NCBI GenBank assembly: GCA_965204535.1
Contig: OZ241996.1
Location: forward strand, 1,280,001-1,344,000
Length of the DNA: 64,000 nt
Reading direction: 5' to 3'
From: a bacterium
Lineage (GTDB): Bacteria > UBA8248
Each line of letters opens with the position of its first letter. Within the stretch, counting starts at the first letter, position 1. The position numbers were made by a program, and so were the translations under genes. The notes below the pieces were generated by a model. The model was not told where the DNA came from, did not search any database, and was given only the letters and a program-made list of their open reading frames with translations. Positions 8,623 through 19,058 of this stretch are shown in pieces.

Positions 8623-9864
8623 TCAGGCGGGCATTACTTTCGGGTGCTCGAGCATCTCCTTGAGGGTAGAAAGGAACTCGGCCGCCGGCGCGCCGTCCAC
8701 CACGCGGTGGTCGGCGTTGATGCCGATGAAGGCCGTCGTTCTGGCCACGACCTCCCCGTTTCGCACCACGGCGCGCTCTCGCGCCGCCCCCACCGAGAGA
8801 ATGGCGGATTCGGGGTGGTTGATGATGGCGCTGAAATGATCGACCCCGTAAGCGCCCAGATTCGAGACCGTGAAGGTGCCGCCCTCAAGCGCATCGAGTC
8901 CCAGCGCACCCGCGCGGGCCGCTTCGGCCAGCGCTCGCGACTCGCGCGATATGGCGTCGATGGATTTCTGGTCGGCGCCCCGGATGACGGGCACCATCAG
9001 GCCCTGTTCAACCGCTACGGCTACCCCGATGTTCACGTCCTGCATCTGCTCCAGGGCGTCTTCGGTGAGGCGAACGTTCACGGCCGGGCAGCGGCGCACG
9101 GCGCGGGCGGTGTAGAACAGGATGAGATCGTTGATGGATACCTTGACGCCGAGGTCGTTTTCCCACGCCTGGCGGCTGGCCTCCCGCACGGCGAGGAGAT
9201 TCGTGAGGTCCACCTCGGCCTGCATGGTGATGCGCGGCACCTGGGACCAGCTGGAGAGCATGCGCTCGGCGATAATTTTCCGCATTCCGGCCAGGGGCGT
9301 GGAACCCGCCACGGCCGCGGGGCCGCTCGCGGCGGCCGTTACGGCGACAGGAGTGCCCGAAGCCGCCGCTGCTCTCACGTCGGCCTGAACGATTCTCCCG
9401 CCCGGACCCGAGCCCTTGAGAGTGCGATAATCAATTCCGAGTTCGCGGGCCACGCGTCTGGCGGCCGGACTGGCGAAAACTCGGCCTTCAGGCGCCGGCT
9501 GAGCAGGGTCAGGGGCAACCGGAGTAGGTGTTGGCGCCGGGGGCGTGGACGCATCTGCCGCAGCAGGTTCGGTCGCTGCCACGGGAGCCTTGGCCGGCGC
9601 GCTTCCAAAACTGCTGATGTCCTCTCCCGCCTCGCCGATGACGGCGATATCCGTGCCGCAGGGGATGACGTCTCCCTCTCCCGCCAGCGTTTTGAGCAGG
9701 AGACCACCATCCGGCGATTCGACCTCGTATTCGACCTTGTCGGTCTGGATGTCGAGGATGATCTCGCCCTTTTCGACCGCTTCACCCTCACCCTTGCGCC
9801 ACTTGAGGATTGTTCCTTCTTCCATGGTAAGGCCGAGTTTGGGCATCGGGAGAGGGGTGGCCAT
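8623..9864 (-). CDS. Dihydrolipoamide acyltransferase E2 (AcoC/PdhC-like)
   Basis: Lipoyl domain QTDKV, E3-binding ASPAARRVA, catalytic DHRVVDG. Confidence 0.95.
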   Translation of the reverse strand: MATPLPMPKLGLTMEEGTILKWRKGEGEAVEKGEIILDIQTDKVEYEVESPDGGLLLKTLAGEGDVIPCGTDIAVIGEAGEDISSFGSAPAKAPVAATEPAAADASTPPAPTPTPVAPDPAQPAPEGRVFASPAARRVARELGIDYRTLKGSGPGGRIVQADVRAAAASGTPVAVTAAASGPAAVAGSTPLAGMRKIIAERMLSSWSQVPRITMQAEVDLTNLLAVREASRQAWENDLGVKVSINDLILFYTARAVRRCPAVNVRLTEDALEQMQDVNIGVAVAVEQGLMVPVIRGADQKSIDAISRESRALAEAARAGALGLDALEGGTFTVSNLGAYGVDHFSAIINHPESAILSVGAARERAVVRNGEVVARTTAFIGINADHRVVDGAPAAEFLSTLKEMLEHPKVMPA

Positions 9865-9899
9865 GAATCTGTGCTCCTACGATTGAATAAGCGTTGAAT

Positions 9900-10880
9900 T
9901 TATACCGTCTCTAACATACCACGAACACCGGCGATTACGTCATCTTTGTCGGGAATGACATAGGATTCGAGTTTGGGTGAAAAAGGAACAGGTGTTTCCT
10001 TGGCGCAGACGCGTTCAATGGGCGCATCCAGGTAATCAAAAGCGTCTTTTGCGGCCAGGGCGGCAATTTCCGCTCCCCAACCGCAACGCTGCACCGCCTC
10101 ATGGGTGATGAGGAGCCGGCCCGTCTTGCGTACAGAAGCGAGAATCGTCTCCGTGTCCAGTGGGAAAAGCGTTCTGGGGTCGATGATCTCGCAACTTACG
10201 CCCTCTTTTTCAAGTTCCTCCGCCGCGTCGAGCGATTTTCCGACCATCGAGGAAGTGGCGACAATGGTGAGGTCGCTTCCCTCTCTTTTCACTTCAGCGA
10301 CACCGATGGGAATGACTTCTTCCTCCTCGGGGACGGCGCCTTTTTCCAGATATAGAAGTTTGTGCTCGATAAAAAATACAGGATCATCATCCCGTATGGA
10401 CGCTTTCAAGAGGCCTTTGGCGTCACGCGCGCTGGAGGGCATGACTACCTTGAGGCCCGGCACGTGAACGAACCATGCTTCCAGGCTTTGCGCATGCTGG
10501 GCGGCGGAACTGCGTCCCGCACCGCCCTGGGTTCTGATGACGAGCGAGGTATTCGCCTTGCCTCCAAACATGTAGCGGACCTTGGCGACCTGGTTGACGA
10601 TTTGATCCATAGCGACGGCGGAAAAATCGATATACATTAACTCCGCCACGGGCCGCATGCCAACGAGTGCCGCCCCCAGGGTAGCGCCTATGATGCCCTG
10701 CTCGGATATAGGCGTGTTCCTGACCCGCTCAGCGCCGTATTTATCCAGTAGCCCCACGGTCGTCTTGTATGACCCGCCGAACTCCGCGATGTCCTCTCCC
10801 AGGAGAAAAACCGAGTCATCCCTCGCCATTTCCTCATCCAGGGCCTCGATAATTGCTTCTCGGTATAAAATCTCGCGCAT
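9900..10880 (-). CDS. 2-oxoacid/acetoin dehydrogenase E1 beta subunit (AcoB-like)
   Basis: GEDI, NTPISE, AAQHAQSLE and IIDPRTL motifs. Confidence 0.95.
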   Translation of the reverse strand: MREILYREAIIEALDEEMARDDSVFLLGEDIAEFGGSYKTTVGLLDKYGAERVRNTPISEQGIIGATLGAALVGMRPVAELMYIDFSAVAMDQIVNQVAKVRYMFGGKANTSLVIRTQGGAGRSSAAQHAQSLEAWFVHVPGLKVVMPSSARDAKGLLKASIRDDDPVFFIEHKLLYLEKGAVPEEEEVIPIGVAEVKREGSDLTIVATSSMVGKSLDAAEELEKEGVSCEIIDPRTLFPLDTETILASVRKTGRLLITHEAVQRCGWGAEIAALAAKDAFDYLDAPIERVCAKETPVPFSPKLESYVIPDKDDVIAGVRGMLETV

Positions 10881-10891
10881 TTCCCTTTCCC

Positions 10892-11863
10892 TTATACGGT
10901 CGCGTAGATATCCGTCATGGCGTCGTCAAGCTCGGGTTCCGGGCTTTTCCGGGCGAATTCGATGGCTTCTTCCATTTCTTTGTTCACTTTCTCATGGATG
11001 GCGTCGATACTTTTTTTGCTCAACCATTTTTTCTTCTCGAGTGTTTCGGCGAAAGTAATGAGCGGGTCGCGCTTGAGCCATTTGCCCACCTCTTTGTCGT
11101 GGCCGTAAGCGGTGCCGGGATCACCCACGTAATGGCCTAGAAAGCGCATTGTTTTCGCTTCGATCAGCGTAGGTCCTCGTCCTTTGCGGGCGTGCTCAAT
11201 CGCTTCGCCGGCCACTTCGAAAACGGCTTGGGGGTCCATGCCATCGACGACGATTCCAGGGATTCCATAAGCCTTGGACCGATCGGCAATGTCCTGTACC
11301 GCCTGATGTGTAGCGCGAGGCGTGCTTTCGGCATATCCGTTGTTCTCGCAGACGAATACCACAGGAAGCTTCCAGGTGGCGGCGATGTTAATGCCCTCAT
11401 GGAATGCGCCTTCATTGCTGGCCCCGTCGCCGAAAAAACTCACGACGATGTGTTTTTCTCCCTTTAGCTTGAGCCCCAAGGCGGCGCCGGCGGCGATTGG
11501 AATGCCCCCGCCCACGATGCCATTCGCCCCTAAAGCCCCAAGGTCCTGATCGGCGATATGCATGGAGCCTCCTTTTCCTTTGCAATAACCAGTCGCGCGA
11601 GCGTATAACTCGGCGAACATGCCCTTGTAGTGGAGACCCTTGGCGATCATGTGTCCATGGCCACGGTGTGTGGATGTGATTTGATCTTTCGGGCTCAAGT
11701 GGGCACATACCCCGGCGGCGACGGCTTCTTCGCCAATATAAGCGTGGAGAAAACCCGGCAATTCCCCTGCCTGGAATAGTTCAATAGAACGCTCCTCGAA
11801 CCGCCGAATGCGGACCATCGTTTCGTAAATCCACAGGGCTTTGGCTTTTGTCAATCGAATCAC
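10892..11863 (-). CDS. 2-oxoacid/acetoin dehydrogenase E1 alpha subunit (AcoA-like)
   Basis: STHRGHGH, GKGGSMH, TPP motif GDGA...ENN; GTG start after AGAGGT. Confidence 0.95.
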   Translation of the reverse strand: MIRLTKAKALWIYETMVRIRRFEERSIELFQAGELPGFLHAYIGEEAVAAGVCAHLSPKDQITSTHRGHGHMIAKGLHYKGMFAELYARATGYCKGKGGSMHIADQDLGALGANGIVGGGIPIAAGAALGLKLKGEKHIVVSFFGDGASNEGAFHEGINIAATWKLPVVFVCENNGYAESTPRATHQAVQDIADRSKAYGIPGIVVDGMDPQAVFEVAGEAIEHARKGRGPTLIEAKTMRFLGHYVGDPGTAYGHDKEVGKWLKRDPLITFAETLEKKKWLSKKSIDAIHEKVNKEMEEAIEFARKSPEPELDDAMTDIYATV

Positions 11864-12076
11864 GGATTTACCTCTTTGTTGATGATTACGCCACAATCAG
11901 GATGCGACTCAATTATTGGGCAAGGATGCCTGCGGTCGCTATTCGAGAAAACCGTATAGCCGATTCACCGTTCGCTTTATTCCAAGACATTACATCCGCT
12001 CAATTCGGCAGAATTTAACATGCCCCCATATTTTCGAGCAAGAAAGACCTCATGTCTTGGAAGGAAGCTAATACAC

Positions 12077-12105
12077 TTGCGCTTTGCCTTAATGGCGATT
12101 AAAGT
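12077..12105 (+). promoter_or_regulatory. Putative sigma70 promoter of the rimP operon
   Basis: TTGCGC-17 nt-TAAAGT. Confidence 0.5.
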
Positions 12106-12128
12106 ATCGGTGATTTTGACTGTTGCGT

Positions 12129-12157
12129 AAGTGGGTCAATTGATGGCCCATTTTTTT
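12129..12157 (+). terminator. rimP leader attenuator hairpin
   Basis: TGGGTCA/TGGCCCA stem plus T7 just upstream of rimP, where such leaders are commonly found. Confidence 0.7.
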
Positions 12158-12179
12158 ATTCAATCTCAGAATAGAGTTT

Positions 12180-12677
12180 ATGGCGACAACAGATGTTGAT
12201 GGTCAAATATGGACCCTTACCCAAGAGGTAGTTTCTGACCTTGGGTATGAATTGGTTGACATTGAGCTGACCGGTAATCGTAGCCGGCAAGTGATTCGGG
12301 TATATATTGAAAAGCCAGAAGGTATCCTTCTCGCTGATTGTGTAGCTGTCAGCCGAAAACTTGGAGAACGTCTCGATGAGGAGGACGTCATTGAAAATTC
12401 TTATCGTCTTGAAATATCAAGTCCTGGCATCGAGAGGCCTCTACGAAAAATCCAGGATTATGAACGTTATGTCGGACACCAAGTGCGGATACGCCTTAAG
12501 GGCAGGCTGAAGGGAAAAAGGAAAATTGCAGGTAAGTTGGACGAGGTTGAGGATAATATTGTCCGTATAATTTCACAGCATGGAGAGAAGGTTTCATTTT
12601 CTCTGGCCGATATCGCAAAAGCGAACTTGGATGTGGATTGGGATAAGGAATTTCAGGGCCCGAGGGGCACAAAATAG
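12180..12677 (+). CDS. rimP: Ribosome maturation factor RimP
   Basis: YRLEISSPGIERPL motif; synteny. Confidence 0.97.
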   Translation: MATTDVDGQIWTLTQEVVSDLGYELVDIELTGNRSRQVIRVYIEKPEGILLADCVAVSRKLGERLDEEDVIENSYRLEISSPGIERPLRKIQDYERYVGHQVRIRLKGRLKGKRKIAGKLDEVEDNIVRIISQHGEKVSFSLADIAKANLDVDWDKEFQGPRGTK

Positions 12678-12710
12678 TTTCAACTCAATCCATCATAGAG
12701 GAGTAGTTTA

Positions 12711-14060
12711 GTGAGTCAAGAATTAATTGCTGTCCTGACACAATTGGAACGAGAACGGGGTGTATCCAAAGACGTGTTACTCGACACACTAAAAGTCGCG
12801 ATGGCATCGGCTGCGAAGAAGCAATACGGTTTGGGTAAAAATGTAGACGTATCTTTTGATGAGCAAACCGGTGAAATTGACGTCAAAGCAGCGAAAGAAG
12901 TCGTCAGGATCATTCAGAACCCCCAGAGTGAAATCCTTTTGGATGAAGCGCGCAAGGCAAACCCTGACATCCAAGTTGGAGATTTTCTTTCACAGGGTGT
13001 CGAAACAGAGGGGTTGGGCAGGATTGCCGCTCAAATCGCGAAACAGGTGATATTGCAGCGAGTAAGAGAGGCAGAGCGTGCGAATATTTATCAAGAATTC
13101 AAGGAACGTGAAGGTGATTTGATTACAGGGTCCGTCTCCCAAGTGGAACGCGGGAATATCTATGTAGATATTGGCCGAACTGAGGCGATCCTCCCTCGGC
13201 GGGAGCAAATATTCAGAGAGGTATATAAACGTGGAGATCGTATCCGCGCCTATATAATGGAAGTGCGCGAAATAACAAAGGGTCCTCAAATCGTTCTCAG
13301 CAGAACACATCCTGGATTGCTGATTCGTCTATTTGAAATGGAAGTGCCCGAAATTTATGACGGGATAGTGGCTATAAAAGGTTGCGTCCGAGAGCCTAGC
13401 GGACGTTCCAAAGTATCCGTCGTAAGTCATGAGCGAGATATTGATCCCGTAGGCGCATGCGTAGGGACACGGGGCAGCCGCGTGCAATCGATTGTTCAAG
13501 AGCTAAGAGGAGAGAAGATTGATATCATCTCGTGGAGTGACGATATACGCACCTATGCGGCAAATGCGCTCAGCCCCGCGAAGATTCAGCACATTACTTT
13601 ATTTGAAGAAGAAGGCAGAATGGAGGTGTTGGTACCTGACGACCAGCTTTCCCTGGCGATTGGGAAAGGTGGCCAGAATGTTCGCTTGGCGGCAAAACTC
13701 CTGGGCTGGAAAATCGATCTGAAAGGCGAGGGGGAGTATCGACGCATTATCGCCGAACAGGCATTTTCCAGCGATGAGCGAGAAGAGAATGGTGCTGGTG
13801 TGGAGGAGCAAGACGAGAGCATTCAGCCTGCTAAGGTCGATGGAGGCTCTTCCGGTGAATTAGTAGAACTGGAGCTTGTCGGCGAGAAAATGGCGCGGCT
13901 TTTAGCAGACAACGGTTTTTCTACAATTTCGGCGATTAGCGCCGCTTCGACGGATGAATTGTGTGAGGTTCCAGGAATTGGGCCGAAGAGAGCCGAACTG
14001 CTGATTGAAGCTGCCCGAGCTCATGAAAAAGCAACTGGATCGGAGCCTCCTGAGTCATGA
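12711..14060 (+). CDS. nusA: Transcription factor NusA
   Basis: GRIAAQIAKQVI, S1 and KH domains, LAIGKGGQNVRLAAKL, C-terminal HhH. Confidence 0.98.
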   Translation: MSQELIAVLTQLERERGVSKDVLLDTLKVAMASAAKKQYGLGKNVDVSFDEQTGEIDVKAAKEVVRIIQNPQSEILLDEARKANPDIQVGDFLSQGVETEGLGRIAAQIAKQVILQRVREAERANIYQEFKEREGDLITGSVSQVERGNIYVDIGRTEAILPRREQIFREVYKRGDRIRAYIMEVREITKGPQIVLSRTHPGLLIRLFEMEVPEIYDGIVAIKGCVREPSGRSKVSVVSHERDIDPVGACVGTRGSRVQSIVQELRGEKIDIISWSDDIRTYAANALSPAKIQHITLFEEEGRMEVLVPDDQLSLAIGKGGQNVRLAAKLLGWKIDLKGEGEYRRIIAEQAFSSDEREENGAGVEEQDESIQPAKVDGGSSGELVELELVGEKMARLLADNGFSTISAISAASTDELCEVPGIGPKRAELLIEAARAHEKATGSEPPES

Positions 14061-14075
14061 TGAAGGAATGACGGT

Positions 14076-14639
14076 TTGCCAGACAGAACATGTATAGCTT
14101 GCCGGAATAAAGGAAATGCGGATATTTTTTTTAGGATGGTAATAAGCCCCGTTGGGAGTATCGTTTGCGAGCTAGGAAGAAAATTGCCGGGAAGAGGGGC
14201 ACACTGTTGTTTTGACATGAATTGCATTTCAAAGTTTGTTTCTTCGAATCGCTTGGAAATTGCGTTGAAAAAAAGGCATTTCAAGATTGATTCAGGCGAA
14301 TTGCTTCAGAATGTGAGAATGCTTCTTAGGAGAAACCTCGAAGGCATGTTGATTGCTTCTAAGAGAAAGGGTGTACTTACCTTTGGGAAAGACGCGGTAT
14401 TTAAGAAGGTAAAACTCTCGAAAGTGGGAAAACCGTTTGTTTCCAAAGATACATCTTCCAAAAACTTGATGAACTTGAAGCGGATTTCTGAAGAATTTTA
14501 TGTGCTCCCTTTTGCTATGAATGAACTCGGGGAGTTTTTTGATCGAAAACCGGTTGGCGTGTTATTTATAGATGACGCTCTTCTTGTAAACAGCATCTGC
14601 TTGCGCTTGGGACAGGAAAGAGCCATTAGTAATGGTTGA
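14076..14639 (+). CDS. ylxR: YlxR (DUF448) domain fused to an L7Ae-like domain
   Basis: PDRTCIACR and GRGAHCC motifs; C-terminal ELGEFFDRKPVGVLFI; lies between nusA and infB. Confidence 0.8.
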   Translation: MPDRTCIACRNKGNADIFFRMVISPVGSIVCELGRKLPGRGAHCCFDMNCISKFVSSNRLEIALKKRHFKIDSGELLQNVRMLLRRNLEGMLIASKRKGVLTFGKDAVFKKVKLSKVGKPFVSKDTSSKNLMNLKRISEEFYVLPFAMNELGEFFDRKPVGVLFIDDALLVNSICLRLGQERAISNG

Positions 14640-14717
14640 AGCAAGAAATGCAGTGGGGTTCATCTTGGGTTTGTTTTGATTGGACAATGGATGTGAATCA
14701 TCTGCAGTGGAGGTTTC

Positions 14718-16976
14718 ATGGCAAGCGTACGAGTATACCAACTGGCTAAAAATCTCGGGTATGACAGCAGAACGTTTGTTGAGGAGTTGGCCAGGGAAGG
14801 AATCGTAGTTAAAAGCCATATGAGCACCGTGGATGATGAAACAGCAGAGCTTGTCATGGCGCTTTTTTCTCAGGAAGCACTCCAGGAGGAAAAAGAAGCT
14901 ACGGCAAGCAAGACGGAAAAAAAGGTTTCCGTAAAAACGAAAGCTGAAACGCCGAAAAAAGCAAGTGAGCCTACCCCGGAAGATGCAGAATCCCATGAAG
15001 TGTCAACAGTCTCTCCTGCCACTCCAGAAACAGCAGTTCAAACGAAAGTCGCACCGGAAGATGCCGCTGTTGACGAAAAGCCAAGTACGGGAAAAGACAA
15101 GGCTGGCACAGACGAACAAACAGTTTCAGATCACGCAACACCGTTGCCTGAAGATAACGTCCTCACACCATCCCCAAGTTCCAAAGTTGCTCGGGATGTC
15201 AGCACGGAGAAACCTTCTCGCCGGCATGGAGGGCGTGTACGTATTGCAGAGACAATTACGGTGAAAGAACTTGCTGAGAAAATTAACGTGAAGGCGACGG
15301 AAGTTATCAAGGAGTTAATGAAAAAAGGCCAGATGACGACTATCAATCAAATGATTGATCACAACACAGCTACCGATATATCTGAAACCTTCGGCTATGA
15401 AGTTGAAATATCCAAAGACAATATTGAAGATCTGCTGATTCAGGAAGAGGATAGAGAAGAAGATCTTTTGCCCAGATCCCCCGTTATAACAATTATGGGT
15501 CATGTTGATCACGGCAAAACAAGACTTCTCGACGCCATCCGCAAAGCCAACGTAATGGAAGGCGAAGCAGGCGGGATCACTCAGCATATTGGCGCCTATC
15601 GAGTTACTACGGACAAGGGGACGGCTGTATTTTTAGATACCCCGGGACACGAAGCTTTTACAGCGATGAGGGCGCGCGGGGCACAAGTAACAGATTTGGT
15701 AATCATCGTTGTGGCTGCGAATGAAGGCGTTATGCCTCAAACTCGAGAGGCAATCGATCATGCGAAAGCCGCCGGAGTTCCGATTATGGTGGCGATGAAT
15801 AAAATGGACTTGGCAGACGCTAATCCCGACAGAGTAAAACAGCAACTCTCGACATTGGATTTAATCCCGGAAGACTGGGGTGGAGATACGGTTTATTCTG
15901 AAATTTCCGCAAAAGAGAACATTGGAATTGATGATCTTTTGGACCTCGCCATTCTGCAGGCTGAACTCATGGAGTTGAAAGCGAACCCGGGCAGACTTGC
16001 CAGCGGTATTGTTGTGGAAGCGAAGCTGGATAGGGGCCGTGGGCCAGTAGCTACTGTTTTGGTTCAACGAGGTACTTTGAATGTGAGTGATAACTTTGTG
16101 GCTGGTAAATGGAATGGCAAAGTGCGCGCACTATTAGATGATCAGGGGCGAAAGTTGAAGTGCGCAGGACCTTCTACGCCAGTAGAAATTTTGGGATTCG
16201 CCGGTGTTCCAGAGGCTGGTGATACATTTACGGTTTTAGAAGATGACAAGATGGCGAGAGAGATAAGCGCAAGGCGTCAACAACGTGAACGTATGGCGGC
16301 GCTTATGGCTTCTGCGCGTGTTTCTTTGGAAAGTTTCATGGAAAGCGTACAAGAAGGACAGGTGAAAGAACTGAGCTTAATCTTGAAGGCGGATGTGCAG
16401 GGAAGCATAGAAGCATTGAAAGAATCTTTGAGCAAGCTAGGAAATGAGGAAGTGGGAGTTAAGGTGCTGCATAGTGCGGTAGGTGGCATCACAGAAACCG
16501 ACGTGATGCTTGCAGCTGCTTCGGCAGCTGTAATCGTAGGTTTTAACGTTCGTCCGACGCCGGGAGCTAGAGAAGTCGCAAAACATGAAAAAGTAGACAT
16601 TCGATTATATTCTGTCATCTATGATGCTATTGATGAAATCAAGTCGGCTCTTGAAGGAATACTCGAACCCGCTCAGCGAGAAGTAGTACGTGGGCACGCA
16701 GAAATCCGGGAACTATTCCATGTCCCTAATGTGGGAACCATAGCGGGTTGTTATGTCACTGACGGAAATATCAACAGAAATTCGGATGTGCGTCTCATCC
16801 GGGATAATGTAGTCATATATACGGGCAAGATTTCATCTTTGAGGCGCTTCAAAGATGATGTGAATGAGGTCCAATCCGGTTATGAGTGTGGAATCGGAAT
16901 TGAAAATTATAATGACATCAAGCAAGGCGATATCATAGAACCATATGTTATGGAAGAAGTATCTCGGACGCTTTAG
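14718..16976 (+). CDS. infB: Translation initiation factor IF-2
   Basis: [23 protein letters not shown] and NKMD motifs. Confidence 0.98.
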   Translation: MASVRVYQLAKNLGYDSRTFVEELAREGIVVKSHMSTVDDETAELVMALFSQEALQEEKEATASKTEKKVSVKTKAETPKKASEPTPEDAESHEVSTVSPATPETAVQTKVAPEDAAVDEKPSTGKDKAGTDEQTVSDHATPLPEDNVLTPSPSSKVARDVSTEKPSRRHGGRVRIAETITVKELAEKINVKATEVIKELMKKGQMTTINQMIDHNTATDISETFGYEVEISKDNIEDLLIQEEDREEDLLPRSPVITIMGHVDHGKTRLLDAIRKANVMEGEAGGITQHIGAYRVTTDKGTAVFLDTPGHEAFTAMRARGAQVTDLVIIVVAANEGVMPQTREAIDHAKAAGVPIMVAMNKMDLADANPDRVKQQLSTLDLIPEDWGGDTVYSEISAKENIGIDDLLDLAILQAELMELKANPGRLASGIVVEAKLDRGRGPVATVLVQRGTLNVSDNFVAGKWNGKVRALLDDQGRKLKCAGPSTPVEILGFAGVPEAGDTFTVLEDDKMAREISARRQQRERMAALMASARVSLESFMESVQEGQVKELSLILKADVQGSIEALKESLSKLGNEEVGVKVLHSAVGGITETDVMLAAASAAVIVGFNVRPTPGAREVAKHEKVDIRLYSVIYDAIDEIKSALEGILEPAQREVVRGHAEIRELFHVPNVGTIAGCYVTDGNINRNSDVRLIRDNVVIYTGKISSLRRFKDDVNEVQSGYECGIGIENYNDIKQGDIIEPYVMEEVSRTL

Positions 16977-17012
16977 GTTGATTTATTTGGATTTTTTTGA
17001 AATCTTCACTCC

Positions 17013-17297
17013 ATGCCTGTCGTTGGTCTTTTGAAAATCGATGTTCAAATACCTGAATGCCGTTCGCTCAAAGCAAAGCGTAAGATAGTTCAGTCGATCA
17101 CCTCACGCCTGCGTCAAAGATATAATGTATCTGTCGCTGAGGTCGATTTCCAAGACAAGTGGCAGCGGTGTCGTATCGGCGTGAGTGTCGTAAGCAATGA
17201 CAGTCGGTTTGTAGATAGCCAGCTTCGAAAAGTGCTGAATTGCCTTGAAGGAATGGGGTTAGCAATTGTATTGGATTTTGATATCGAGATATTTTGA
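17013..17297 (+). CDS. DUF503 (YlxP-like) protein
   Basis: SLKAKRKIV and YNVSVAEVDFQDKWQR motifs; synteny. Confidence 0.9.
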   Translation: MPVVGLLKIDVQIPECRSLKAKRKIVQSITSRLRQRYNVSVAEVDFQDKWQRCRIGVSVVSNDSRFVDSQLRKVLNCLEGMGLAIVLDFDIEIF

Positions 17298-17321
17298 AAT
17301 CTATGGAGAACAATTGAAAGC

Positions 17322-17675
17322 ATGAATAATTCTCGCATGCTGCGGGTAGCGGAACTTATACAATCCGAAATCGCGAATATGGTGATGAGGGACGTGAAGG
17401 ATCCGCGTGTGCAACATGTTGTAATTACTCGAGTAGAAATGTCTCCGGATTTAAGAGTAGCGAAGGTGTACTTTAGCCGATACGGTGAAAATCAAGGAAA
17501 TGTTCAAGAGACTGAAGAGGGATTCAAGGGACTCGAACGCGCCAGTGGATTCTTGCAGCGGAAACTTGCCGAACGTTTGCAATTGAAAAGTACGCCCAGG
17601 CTAAAATTCTTTTTCGATCACAGTTTGGTGTACAGCGCCGAGATTGAACGGTTATTATCCGATGTAAAGAGATAA
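17322..17675 (+). CDS. rbfA: Ribosome-binding factor A
   Basis: KDPRV, SPDLRVAKVY and TPRLKFFFD motifs. Confidence 0.96.
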   Translation: MNNSRMLRVAELIQSEIANMVMRDVKDPRVQHVVITRVEMSPDLRVAKVYFSRYGENQGNVQETEEGFKGLERASGFLQRKLAERLQLKSTPRLKFFFDHSLVYSAEIERLLSDVKR

Positions 17676-17692
17676 GTTCGAGAAAGGATGAG

Positions 17693-18622
17693 ATGTTGGA
17701 AATATCGGGTGTTTTGAATCTGAAGAAACAGCATGGTCCTACTTCACACGATATGGTTGATGAAGTGAGAAAGCTGCTCCCTGGAAAAACAAAAGCGGGG
17801 CATGCAGGCACACTTGACCCTATGGCCGAAGGAGTGTTGCCAATTTGTATCGGCCCTTCAACGAAATTGTTCTCATATTTTTTGGAGTGCAGGAAAACGT
17901 ATCGGGCTGTCATGTTGTTTGGGCGAGTCACGGACACCCAAGACATAACGGGAAAACTGCTGTTCGAATCAGAGCCTGGGGATATTACACTATCTCGAGC
18001 CCAAGAGCTTCTGAATGCAATGTTGGGCAAGACAAAGCAGTTGCCTCCGATGTATTCTGCTTTGAAAGCGAATGGAAAGCGTCTGCATGAATTAGCGCGC
18101 TCTGGCAAGGAAATTGAAAGAGAAAAACGACCTATCGAGGTGTTTAGAATTAAGGCAATCGGTATAGATGGCCCCCAACTTACTTTTGATGTTACATGTT
18201 CTCGGGGAACGTATATTCGCTCTATTTGTCATGATGTCGGTGCCAATCATGGAGCCGGCGGGTGTTTGCAAGCACTCACGCGAACTGCTTTGGGCCCGTT
18301 TGAACTCGCGGATTCGGTTTCTCTCGAAGATGCTCGGCAACATTCGAAAGAAAGGCGCCTTAAAGATATTCTCATGAGTCCGGCACAGGCTCTCGCACAT
18401 TTACCTGCCATTTATGTTCGCCCGAGAGCGGAGGTGCGGGTATTGAATGGTGCTATGATCAGGTTCGAAGATGTTCGGGAAGTCGTTGACTTGCCGGTAG
18501 ATACTCGTGTCCGCATGCTGAATGAACCGGGTGAGTTATTGGCAGTCGGAAAGTTGGTCCATGAAAACAAACGAAAACGAAGCCAGGGGTTTGTCGCCCC
18601 TGAAAAAGTGTTTGTCACCTAG
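17693..18622 (+). CDS. truB: tRNA pseudouridine(55) synthase
   Basis: GHAGTLDP, PPMYSALK and CSRGTYIRS motifs. Confidence 0.97.
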   Translation: MLEISGVLNLKKQHGPTSHDMVDEVRKLLPGKTKAGHAGTLDPMAEGVLPICIGPSTKLFSYFLECRKTYRAVMLFGRVTDTQDITGKLLFESEPGDITLSRAQELLNAMLGKTKQLPPMYSALKANGKRLHELARSGKEIEREKRPIEVFRIKAIGIDGPQLTFDVTCSRGTYIRSICHDVGANHGAGGCLQALTRTALGPFELADSVSLEDARQHSKERRLKDILMSPAQALAHLPAIYVRPRAEVRVLNGAMIRFEDVREVVDLPVDTRVRMLNEPGELLAVGKLVHENKRKRSQGFVAPEKVFVT

Positions 18623-18646
18623 ATTCAAGAGAATATCTGCTCCGTA

Positions 18647-18675
18647 TTTACATTGATGGAAAAGTCGTATAGAAT
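18647..18675 (+). promoter_or_regulatory. Putative sigma70 promoter of rpsO-pnp
   Basis: TTTACA-17 nt-TAGAAT. Confidence 0.6.
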
Positions 18676-18756
18676 CCGCCCGTTTTCGTGAAGTTCTGCC
18701 AATATAATTTAGCAGGTTCGAGAGCGGCAATATAAGCAGTGGAGGAAGTGACAGAA

Positions 18757-19026
18757 ATGCCCCTAGCAAAGGAGCGAAAATCGGAAGTTATCGGAAAATT
18801 TCGCACACATGACACCGATACTGGTTCACCAGAAGTGCAGGTAGCTATTCTAACCGAGCGTATTACCTACCTCACAGACCATTTCAAGACCCACAAGAAA
18901 GATCATCATTCCCGAAGAGGTCTATTGAAACTCGTGGGTCAGCGGCGTCGCCTCCTTGATTATCTGAAAGAGAAGGACATCAACCGCTACCGCACGATAA
19001 TTCAGGATCTTGGCCTGCGTCGTTAG
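18757..19026 (+). CDS. rpsO: 30S ribosomal protein S15
   Basis: [13 protein letters not shown] and [11 protein letters not shown] motifs. Confidence 0.98.
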   Translation: MPLAKERKSEVIGKFRTHDTDTGSPEVQVAILTERITYLTDHFKTHKKDHHSRRGLLKLVGQRRRLLDYLKEKDINRYRTIIQDLGLRR

Positions 19027-19058
19027 ATGTGGGTCTTGCCTCAGAGGGAAGCAATCTA

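Noticed and set aside
12013-12040. dif-like site ATTTAACATGC-CCCCAT-ATTTTCGAGCA
   Set aside because: The XerD-like arm matches only partly and the conserved inner TAA/TTA bases are missing; a similar weak match near 8578 also fails
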